Shown: positions 8,963 to 15,772 of the stretch, piece by piece
How the letters are laid out: every line of letters starts with the position of its first letter
Numbering within the stretch: the stretch's first letter is position 1
DNA from: a virus
Lineage: Duplodnaviria; Caudoviricetes
Length of the DNA stretch: 31,662 nucleotides
IMG/VR virus record: IMGVR_UViG_3300050159_000014
Coordinates: 1 to 31,662 of that record
Direction: 5' to 3' (one strand)
Made by a program: the position numbers and the translations under genes
Notes under the pieces: generated by a model
The model's database searches: none
What the model saw: the letters and a program-made list of their open reading frames with translations, nothing else
What the model was told of the DNA's origin: nothing

Positions 8963-9379
8963 ATGACTTTAAAAGTATCACACAAAGAAAATAACGTAGT
9001 ATTTTTGTCTGCTAAGACAAACCTTATGGACACGTTAGAAGAAATCTTAACATCTCCTTCTGAACAATTAATCAACGATACTTTTGAGTTCTCTGCTGAA
9101 GATTTCTACGATGAAGTTGATCCCTTGGATATTATTATAGAAGACCTTATTGCTACTAACATCTTTAGTGCAGGTGCTAATGATTTAGGGAAAGCCTGTG
9201 AATCAATAGAACTTTATTTGGGAGAGCGCCAGGCGATTATAGATTATATTCCTAACAGAAACATTTCAGGAATTAGACTGCTCGTATCTACCCCTGTAGG
9301 AGATTCCTTGATTGTTCATAATCCTGTACAATGTTCTGATATTGAATTTGGAGGTTTTATTGATCTTGTTGAGGAATAA
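8963..9379 (+). CDS. Acidic hypothetical protein
   Basis: GGAG RBS; first gene after the promoter; 138 aa. Confidence 0.75.
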   Translation: MTLKVSHKENNVVFLSAKTNLMDTLEEILTSPSEQLINDTFEFSAEDFYDEVDPLDIIIEDLIATNIFSAGANDLGKACESIELYLGERQAIIDYIPNRNISGIRLLVSTPVGDSLIVHNPVQCSDIEFGGFIDLVEE

Positions 9380-9416
9380 ATATCTTCGACAAAATTAACA
9401 TTAGAGGATTCATCGG

Positions 9417-10043
9417 ATGGTATCTCCAGAAATCGAATACGAGATTAAAATATTAGGAGCCTTCCCTGTGCTAACAGAGGCTTTTAATAGGTTCACTAGA
9501 GGATCTAGTGTTATAAGAGACAGATCTTATAACTTTGACACTATTTACTTGGATACTCTGGATTCTCATATCGAATCTCTAGGATACTCTCTTAGGCATA
9601 GACCTAAACAGTACCCGTTTGGAGATAGTCTTGATCTTAAACAGCTGAACGGAGAAGGAAGATCTGAAATATGTATCAGAGACGATAAACCTTTAGAGCA
9701 GCTTTACACAGAACTGAGCAAGCATTATAGACAAACACTCCCTCCTATAGATAGTTTGATAGAAACATTTACAACAAGTGTCCTCAGAAGAGAATATACA
9801 GCTCTTGTTCCTATAGCAGGAAAGCATATAACTCTTGAGGGGTCTTTGGACCGTATCAAGTATGTTAGAAACGGTAGAGTGTTTGCTGAACAGGATGAAT
9901 TAGAAGTAGAAATTAAACCAGGATTCTCTATGGATCTTTCTGAGGTGTTTGATTATTCTAAAAATAAGTTGACATCTGGGCTAGATGTAGTTTATACTAC
10001 AATGTCAAAAGCTTCTAGAGCTAGAGATTTTTTAAGGGGCTGA
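9417..10043 (+). CDS. CYTH-domain (triphosphate tunnel metalloenzyme) protein
   Basis: N-terminal EYEIK (ExExK-like), IYLDT, GYSLRHR, SLD, ELEVEIK and C-terminal SKASRA. Confidence 0.85.
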   Translation: MVSPEIEYEIKILGAFPVLTEAFNRFTRGSSVIRDRSYNFDTIYLDTLDSHIESLGYSLRHRPKQYPFGDSLDLKQLNGEGRSEICIRDDKPLEQLYTELSKHYRQTLPPIDSLIETFTTSVLRREYTALVPIAGKHITLEGSLDRIKYVRNGRVFAEQDELEVEIKPGFSMDLSEVFDYSKNKLTSGLDVVYTTMSKASRARDFLRG

Positions 10044-10105
10044 ACGGATTGATTCACTGTAGAAATACAGGAGAAGACGCGGGCTCGTTACCCGCCAGTT
10101 CCACC
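10036..10105 (+). ncRNA. tmRNA tRNA-like domain only (mini-tmRNA, no message domain)
   Basis: Acceptor stem GGGGCTG (10036-42) / CAGTTCC (10096-102) with G3-U70 and discriminator A, then CC. Stemless D-loop AACGGATTGA. P2 reduced to TTC-A-CTGTA-GAAA-TACAG-GA-GAA. GAC linker. T arm GCGGG-CTCGTTA-CCCGC. The layout matches the two ends of bacterial ssrA. Confidence 0.85.
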
Positions 10106-10125
10106 CTCAATGTATAGGATATAAA

Positions 10126-10488
10126 ATGACAATAATGATAGACGAATTTCTTCAATGGTTTGAAGGATTTAAAGATGGTGTGGATAGTATAAACAACAGC
10201 ACTATCACTCCAAAACAATGGGAAATTCTCAAGAGAAAACTTCAACAAGTAGCTGATAGTGAACGGAAAATAGCTGTACCTCCTCAATCTCCTTCTTACC
10301 CTCCTATATCATATCCTAATAACAGAGGGTATCATTTCGGAGATTATTTGCGGTCATATCCTATGTGCGCAACGACAGCAGGAGCAATAGGGTCTGCGGT
10401 AGACTCTCACGAAGGCTCTTTGATTGTTAAAGCAAAGCAGGATGCTGTAGATAGAGCTATAGAAAGAGCTTCTAAACGAAAATGGTAG
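10126..10488 (+). CDS. Hypothetical protein
   Basis: AGGA RBS; N-terminal FLQWFEGF...TPKQWEILKRKL followed by a Pro-rich tail. Confidence 0.75.
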   Translation: MTIMIDEFLQWFEGFKDGVDSINNSTITPKQWEILKRKLQQVADSERKIAVPPQSPSYPPISYPNNRGYHFGDYLRSYPMCATTAGAIGSAVDSHEGSLIVKAKQDAVDRAIERASKRKW

Positions 10489-10769
10489 ATTTTAAAAGAC
10501 TAGGGATATATCTAGGAATTGCAGTGTTTAGACGACAGTTGTGTATTCATATTACTCCATTTATCTGGAGAAAATTATATGTATTTGTACCTGATAAACA
10601 TTTAATAACATGCCCTGCAGATTCATTGCACCCATACGCTATATTTTGCGGACCGTTTCATATTTGGAATTTTAATCCTAATGATATGTTTGAAATATCT
10701 CTAGATGTTAATTTTAAAGCTCTTTCATACATTCCGACTGAATTCTATGGAATTAAGAGAATTTTATAG
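10482..10769 (+). CDS. Hypothetical protein
   Basis: 95-aa ORF overlapping the previous stop. Confidence 0.6.
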   Translation: MVDFKRLGIYLGIAVFRRQLCIHITPFIWRKLYVFVPDKHLITCPADSLHPYAIFCGPFHIWNFNPNDMFEISLDVNFKALSYIPTEFYGIKRIL

Positions 10770-10800
10770 TTGATTTTATATCTTTTAAAAGATATAAATA
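10770..10800 (+). promoter_or_regulatory. Composite sigma70-like and T4 late promoter overlapped by a palindrome
   Basis: TTGATT-N17-TATAAA; TATAAATA at 10793-10800; perfect palindrome TATATCTTTT/AAAAGATATA at 10777-10796. Confidence 0.7.
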
Positions 10801-10803
10801 TTA

Positions 10804-10931
10804 TTAGACGCAAATGAAAACATTCGCCAGTTTTATAAAGTAGCTGCATAGTCTCTAACGACTCTATGAAGTGAAACATATAGCAGAGTTTTTTGATAGT
10901 TTTTTCTTGGTACCAGAATTAAAAATATCAA
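10804..10931 (+). ncRNA. Stand-alone tmRNA message-like domain with tag frame ANENIRQFYKVAA-stop
   Basis: TAGAC (10805-09) precedes the resume codon GCA (E. coli has UAGUC-GCA). The frame 10810-10851 begins ANEN and ends VAA-stop. Hairpin CATAGTC/GACTCTATG covers the stop. A 3' stem TTGATAGTTTTT/AAAAATATCAA encloses CTTGGTACCAGAA. Confidence 0.75.
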
Positions 10932-10940
10932 CCTTTTAAT

Positions 10941-10975
10941 AAGCAGTTTTTAGAAATAGAAACTGTTTTCTTTTA
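10941..10975 (+). terminator. Intrinsic terminator candidate closing the message-domain RNA
   Basis: AAGCAGTTT...AAACTGTTT stem followed by TCTTTT. Confidence 0.55.
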
Positions 10976-11000
10976 TTTAACTTTTGACAAAGGACTTATT

Positions 11001-11285
11001 ATGATTCACAAATACTCGATTAAAATGTCTCTGGACTATATGGATGATAAAAACAATATTGTATCTACTGGAGAACTTATTGTTGGCAAGGCTCATACTC
11101 TAGAAGAAGCTTCGGAGATGTTGGAAGATACCAAGCACAGCTTTGTAGATCTTAGTTACGGAATTTCCAATAACGAAAATGTTAATTACAAACGCCGTAA
11201 AGTTCACACTAATAATTTTCTAGCAATGACCTCTAACGGATCTGTCCGTGAAGCTATCAAGACAATTGAAATTATAGAAAATTAA
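11001..11285 (+). CDS. Hypothetical protein
   Basis: AAGGA RBS; 94 aa. Confidence 0.75.
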   Translation: MIHKYSIKMSLDYMDDKNNIVSTGELIVGKAHTLEEASEMLEDTKHSFVDLSYGISNNENVNYKRRKVHTNNFLAMTSNGSVREAIKTIEIIEN

Positions 11286-11344
11286 GCTTATACTTTTATT
11301 TAATTTTGAGAATATATAAACTTAAACAGAGGAATCGAAATAAT

Positions 11345-11674
11345 ATGAATGAGATTTTAGAAAAATTAGAAAATGAGATCAATAAAGAGGATAACGAAAA
11401 ACAACGAATCCAGAATCAATTAGGATCCACTCCTGGTTCGAATCAAGAAGTTAAGGCCATCAAAGCAAAGTTCAGTCAAATCATTTATTCTAATAAATTG
11501 ATTAAAGACGAGCAAGAAGCTAAGAAAGATATCTTCAAGGCTCTTGATACTGATCACGGAATTCCGGTAAAGATTGCTAAGAAAGTTGAAAAACTGTTAG
11601 AAAAAGGATCTGTTACAGAGTTCAACGAAGAAATGGCAGCTATCGAACAACTCTATGAAAAAGTTAGATCCTAG
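11345..11674 (+). CDS. T4 DsbA-like double-stranded DNA-binding protein
   Basis: Helical pattern KDI...HGIPVKIAKK...F.EE...IEQLYEKV parallels T4 DsbA; start moved to the ATG at 11345. Confidence 0.65.
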   Translation: MNEILEKLENEINKEDNEKQRIQNQLGSTPGSNQEVKAIKAKFSQIIYSNKLIKDEQEAKKDIFKALDTDHGIPVKIAKKVEKLLEKGSVTEFNEEMAAIEQLYEKVRS

Positions 11675-12317
11675 TAATTTTATAAAACATGCACAGTCTC
11701 GGGTTAAGCAAAATAATCCCGAGACTGTTTTTTTGATTGGAGGAGGGAAAAGCCTTCTAGAATATCTTCCTGACAAGAATATTCTCAAAGATCAAAATGT
11801 TATAACAGCAAACGATGGTTATTTACTGTTTCCTGAGGCTCTAGCATGTCATTTTGCTGATTGGGTATGGTTTGCTTGGAACCAGCAAAAACTCCTAGAA
11901 ACGTGTTTAAACGAAAATATATCGTGTTGTATCCATCAGGACATTGAAGTGTTTGCTAATTTGTACAATGAACTGGGAATTACTGTATTCCAGAGAGAGC
12001 AGCGTAAGAGTCTAACTAAGAATCCATGTTTTCTCAACGGAGGGAACACTGGACATCAGATAATCAATTTAGCGTATCATATAGGATTCAAGAATATCGT
12101 TTTATTGGGGTACGATTTAACTGAAGATCCTCAAACGCATTGGCATAATAACCATAGAAGACCTACTAATATTCAAAACTTTACAGATTTTATGATTCCA
12201 GAATTTAATACGTTGACTAATTGTAAAGATGATTATAATATAAACATCGTTAACATTAATAAGCGATCTGCTTTGAGATGTTTTGATTTTGGAGAACTCC
12301 AGCAATATTTGAAATAA
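11655..12317 (+). CDS. MAF/DUF115 (MptE-like, sialyltransferase-like fold) transferase
   Basis: VFLIGGGKSL, VITAND, GGNTGHQIINLAYHIGFKNIVLLGYD and IVNIN. Confidence 0.7.
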   Translation: MKKLDPSNFIKHAQSRVKQNNPETVFLIGGGKSLLEYLPDKNILKDQNVITANDGYLLFPEALACHFADWVWFAWNQQKLLETCLNENISCCIHQDIEVFANLYNELGITVFQREQRKSLTKNPCFLNGGNTGHQIINLAYHIGFKNIVLLGYDLTEDPQTHWHNNHRRPTNIQNFTDFMIPEFNTLTNCKDDYNINIVNINKRSALRCFDFGELQQYLK

Positions 12318-12329
12318 AAGGATCATATT

Positions 12330-12494
12330 ATGGATCAGATTAATGTCTCTAACCCTATTGTAGAAGCTATTAATAAGTGTGCGAATATACATCAGGTAGC
12401 TGGAGTATTATCCACTGTGAATTTTACAGAATATCATCCACAATATGCTCTAGATATTATCAATGCAATAATGGCAAAATCAGATGACAGCTAA
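12330..12494 (+). CDS. Small hypothetical protein (not in ORF track)
   Basis: AAGGA RBS; MDQINVSNPIVEAINKCANIHQVAGVLSTVNFTEYHPQYALDIINAIMAKSDDS (54 aa). Confidence 0.65.
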   Translation: MDQINVSNPIVEAINKCANIHQVAGVLSTVNFTEYHPQYALDIINAIMAKSDDS

Positions 12495-12593
12495 CCACAT
12501 CCTAGATGTAGTCGTTGCAATAATACAGGAACGTGGGGAGGAGTCGACGGTCATTTATTTGATTGCGAAGATTGTAAGGATACTTCAGTATAA
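12484..12593 (+). CDS. Tiny zinc-finger protein; start is one base out of frame
   Basis: The frame 12495-12593 reads PHPRCSRCNNTGTWGGVDGHLFDCEDCKDTSV (CxxC...CxxC). The ATG at 12484 joins it if one A is added at 12493-94. Confidence 0.5.
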
Positions 12594-12604
12594 AGGAATA
12601 AACT

Positions 12605-12793
12605 ATGAAACATTCGACGGAAATTGAGTTAGACAGGCTTCTTGCTGAATATCAAAAACTCCCTCCTGAAAAACTCACCGAAGCATTAAAATGTGTGGAA
12701 CAAGATATGGCGGATGCTTTGTTGGAAGGTAACGAATACCGGGCGATTAGGTTATCAGCTTTTATAACACAAGCTCGTAAATCTAAACAATAA
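12605..12793 (+). CDS. Hypothetical protein
   Basis: AAGGA RBS; 62 aa, helical. Confidence 0.7.
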   Translation: MKHSTEIELDRLLAEYQKLPPEKLTEALKCVEQDMADALLEGNEYRAIRLSAFITQARKSKQ

Positions 12794-12820
12794 TAAATGT
12801 ATAAGAATTAAGGAATTAAA

Positions 12821-13420
12821 ATGATGAATAATTATCCAGATAAAATTTATCTGAAAGGTCATATATTCGAAGGAGATTTTTATCAGGAGGATTTTTCGTT
12901 TTCTAGTGTTGATGGATACGTTGAGTATATTCGTGAGTCGAAACCCCTCACACAGCCTAATCAGACGTTGATTGAGGCTTTCAGCGATTCGTGTGTTGCT
13001 TGTGGTAAGAATGCTTCCAATATTGCTTCAAACATGGAGGCTGGTGTTTGTTTTTATGATGGAAAACAACGCATAATTCACAATAAATGCTTAGTAAAAT
13101 TGATTGCAGAGAAAAACAAGAACCTGTCGACAAAAATGATGCTGGATGCTTTGAAGGCAATAGTTGATTTTGATGATACGGATTTTATTACTGATATGTC
13201 AGATGGTGTAGATTCATGGCAATCCAATGGCCTTTCCAGTTTAATAAGTAAAGCTCGTGAAGCAATCGCCGCCGCATCGTCCGCACCTGTTGTGGAGGTT
13301 GTTCATGGCTTAGAAGAAGCATTAAAAGCGTCTGAAACTTACGGTGAATCGCGAAGAAACAATTGGGATATGAAAGCGATATTAGAAGCCGCTCCTTCAA
13401 CTCGCACAGCAGAAAGGTAA
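12821..13420 (+). CDS. Mosaic hypothetical protein with a CxxC...HxxC segment
   Basis: AAGGA RBS; PDKIYL...VEYIR module, CVACG...HNKC and MLDALK...AREAIAAA. The C-terminus may really end at 13427 (LQLAQQKGNV in the +1 frame). Confidence 0.7.
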   Translation: MMNNYPDKIYLKGHIFEGDFYQEDFSFSSVDGYVEYIRESKPLTQPNQTLIEAFSDSCVACGKNASNIASNMEAGVCFYDGKQRIIHNKCLVKLIAEKNKNLSTKMMLDALKAIVDFDDTDFITDMSDGVDSWQSNGLSSLISKAREAIAAASSAPVVEVVHGLEEALKASETYGESRRNNWDMKAILEAAPSTRTAER

Positions 13421-13500
13421 TGTATGATGTTTCCATTCGCACTTTAGAAAATCGTAGACATTATTATTTTTATATTTTCAAGCATTGAGGTGACAATAAA

Positions 13501-14025
13501 ATGACCCAACCAACAAAAGACCAACTTATCGCCGCGAGGGATGCTATTTCTTCCTGTATAAATTTATCTGAAAATCCAAGAATGTCAGACGAAGAAAAAA
13601 TTATCTGGTCGCAAGGCACGACTTTGAAACCGTTTATCCATATCGGAACAATGAAAACAATCCGCACCCTCCTCGACTCCCATATCAACCCGCCTGATTT
13701 GGAGGGGTTGAAGCGGGAAGTTGTTTTGGACATTAGGAAAACACCAGAATTATTACATAAGCACCTTGGTTATAGTATGGAAGAAGTTGTCGGTCATATC
13801 ATAGACCACCTAGCCCCGCGAATTGTACGGGAGGGGTTCGTTGTTGTGCCAGAGGAGCCTACCGAAAAGCAATGGATCGAATACGCCAATGCTTGTCCCC
13901 CATTCACCACATATATGTTCGATGAATGCAAAATTTCCGCAATATGGAGAAACCAGTCTAGGACAGACCACATAGAGGCTTGTAAAAAATCTTACAAGGC
14001 TATGATTGCAGCAAGCAAGGGATAA
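13501..14025 (+). CDS. Phage hypothetical protein with GFVVVPxEPT...YKAMIAA module
   Basis: GAGGTG RBS; the C-terminal module is typical of mosaic accessory phage proteins. Confidence 0.75.
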   Translation: MTQPTKDQLIAARDAISSCINLSENPRMSDEEKIIWSQGTTLKPFIHIGTMKTIRTLLDSHINPPDLEGLKREVVLDIRKTPELLHKHLGYSMEEVVGHIIDHLAPRIVREGFVVVPEEPTEKQWIEYANACPPFTTYMFDECKISAIWRNQSRTDHIEACKKSYKAMIAASKG

Positions 14026-14171
14026 TGATGCCGATTATATTAAGCATTTTTCTGTTTATAGTAAATATTTTTATATCGTATATGAATTTTGGTTGTATTT
14101 CTTTTTTATCGATTGTAGCTTCGGGATTATTTGGAGTCATAATTTATTTTATGTTTGAGGGTATAAAATAA
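14025..14171 (+). CDS. Small membrane protein (not in ORF track)
   Basis: TAATG overlap; MMPIILSIFLFIVNIFISYMNFGCISFLSIVASGLFGVIIYFMFEGIK. Confidence 0.6.
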   Translation: MMPIILSIFLFIVNIFISYMNFGCISFLSIVASGLFGVIIYFMFEGIK

Positions 14172-14294
14172 ATGTTCTATAAATTTATTTGTAAAATTTT
14201 TGGTCATAATTTAATGAAAAATATTCCATCTTATTTTTCAAATAGGTATGGCTTTAAATGTCTTCGTTGTGGTGCAGTAATTAAGAAGGATTAA
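14172..14294 (+). CDS. DUF1660-like small zinc-binding phage protein (not in ORF track)
   Basis: GAGGG RBS; MFYKFICKIFGHNL...KCLRCG (CxxFGH...CxRCG). Confidence 0.65.
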   Translation: MFYKFICKIFGHNLMKNIPSYFSNRYGFKCLRCGAVIKKD

Positions 14295-14295
14295 A

Positions 14296-14886
14296 ATGAA
14301 AAAGATTATAATTTTACTCACAGGAAAACCTGGTTGCGGCAAAGACACCGTAGCTAATATTTTATCAGCTAACCAAATCAACCATCTAAAACTTGCAGAT
14401 CCTCTTATGAAGATTATGTATGCAATGTTTCCTAATTTTAATTATGAATACAATATTAAAATTAACAACGAGAGAGCTCTTAAAGAGTCTCCTAATGAAG
14501 TCTTCCTAGGAAAATCGTATAGAGAATGTATGATTTGGCTAGCTGAAGAGTGTATTAAACCGAAGTTTGGAAAAGATTTCTTTATTAATAATCTACTAGA
14601 ACGTATTGATAATAGTAATTTTCATATGTTTGTAGTATCAGATCTAGGATTTAAGAATGACGAGTTGTCTCATATTGATCCTAATAAATACAATGTAGCT
14701 GTCGTTAAAGTAACTAGAGACAATCTAGATAATATAAAAGACAGCCGTGAAGATATTAATGATGATATCTTCTTTACAATAGATAATAACGGATCTATAG
14801 AAGATCTGAAATTGCGTTGTAGTGTTCTAATGTCAATGATAGAGGATAGCTTACCAGATGACTTTAAACTACCTGTCTCCCAATAA
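14296..14886 (+). CDS. 1: Deoxynucleoside monophosphate kinase (gp1-like)
   Basis: GKPGCGKDT P-loop, LADPL, VVSD and IDNNGSIEDL. Confidence 0.88.
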   Translation: MKKIIILLTGKPGCGKDTVANILSANQINHLKLADPLMKIMYAMFPNFNYEYNIKINNERALKESPNEVFLGKSYRECMIWLAEECIKPKFGKDFFINNLLERIDNSNFHMFVVSDLGFKNDELSHIDPNKYNVAVVKVTRDNLDNIKDSREDINDDIFFTIDNNGSIEDLKLRCSVLMSMIEDSLPDDFKLPVSQ

Positions 14887-15322
14887 GATCAAGGTTATAA
14901 TTGGAAAGTTTCCTGATATCCAAATAACAGCTCAGAAGACAAATATCCCAGGGATAACGTTAAATCCTGTAAAGACCCCAGTTAATTCTAGTCACGATGC
15001 TTGGTTCCCTGGGGATAAGATTGAGTATGAAGATCTGATAGTAACATTTATAGTCGATACAAAACTTGCTGGGTATAAAGCTGTTAGAAGTTGGATGAAC
15101 GAGATCACCGGACAAGACGGGAAGAGACCTGAATACTTTTCCGATATTACTGTAGAGATCCTCAATAATCATTTTGGAATCAACCAAACAATCCAATACA
15201 AATATTGCATGCCTTACCAGATCACCGGAGCAGTTATGGATACTTCTATATCAGAAGAGACTCCTATAACATTCGATTGTGTTTTTAAATTCTCTGATAT
15301 GAATATTATTGATAATACATAA
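14858..15322 (+). CDS. 3: gp3 tail completion / tube terminator protein
   Basis: NYLSP...NIPGITL...PGDKIEYEDLIVTFIVD...WM. Confidence 0.85.
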   Translation: MTLNYLSPNKIKVIIGKFPDIQITAQKTNIPGITLNPVKTPVNSSHDAWFPGDKIEYEDLIVTFIVDTKLAGYKAVRSWMNEITGQDGKRPEYFSDITVEILNNHFGINQTIQYKYCMPYQITGAVMDTSISEETPITFDCVFKFSDMNIIDNT

Positions 15323-15337
15323 AAATTATAGTATACT

Positions 15338-15772
15338 ATGTCAATGACATTAGATGAATTATACTCCGAAATCTCCAAAGACTTTGATATAGACGTTACA
15401 GATCTCACAAGAGAAGCTGCTAAAGGGTCTTCTTTATTTGTTAAGTATATCAGATTATACTCAGACGAATCTATTAAATACGAATTAATGGAAAACAAAC
15501 GTAAAGAGCTTATAATTAAAAAAAGAGATTATTATTCAGGAAACGGCACTCCAGAAGAATATAAAGCTAAACCGTTCAGTTTAAAACTCCGCACAGATAC
15601 TGCGATCAATAAATATATAGAATCTGATCCTGAAGTTATTTTATATGATCAGAAAGTTCTAATCCAAAAACAAAGAGTTAGTATATTGAAAGAATGTATG
15701 GAAGAAATTCGTAGAAGATCTTTTACAATTAAAAACATTTTGGACCATCAGAAGTTTATAAACGGTGGATGA
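15338..15772 (+). CDS. uvsY: UvsY recombination mediator
   Basis: DFDID, YYSG...Y...PF.LK, YIESD and R.FTIKN; precedes uvsW. Confidence 0.9.
   Translation: MSMTLDELYSEISKDFDIDVTDLTREAAKGSSLFVKYIRLYSDESIKYELMENKRKELIIKKRDYYSGNGTPEEYKAKPFSLKLRTDTAINKYIESDPEVILYDQKVLIQKQRVSILKECMEEIRRRSFTIKNILDHQKFINGG

Noticed and set aside
8761-8994. 77-aa ORF in the divergent intergenic region
   Set aside because: TTG start in AT-rich promoter DNA with low-complexity I/K/Y/N composition.
10036-10105. Canonical tRNA-Ala
   Set aside because: No D-stem and no 7-nt anticodon loop (only a GAAA tetraloop); the layout fits the tmRNA tRNA-like domain.
10054-10287. Minus-strand 77-aa ORF
   Set aside because: Antisense to the RNA element and to a better-supported plus-strand gene; no RBS or motif.
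10036-10931. Standard one-piece or classical permuted two-piece ssrA gene
   Set aside because: The tag frame lies outside the acceptor ends, and I see no second GGGG acceptor strand before the tag and no T-arm after it.
13424-13500. Stop-codon reassignment suggested by MMFPFAL-TAG-KIVDII
   Set aside because: Conserved genes such as thyA, uvsW and gp53 end cleanly at TAG at the expected lengths, and core genes are not fragmented by in-frame stops.
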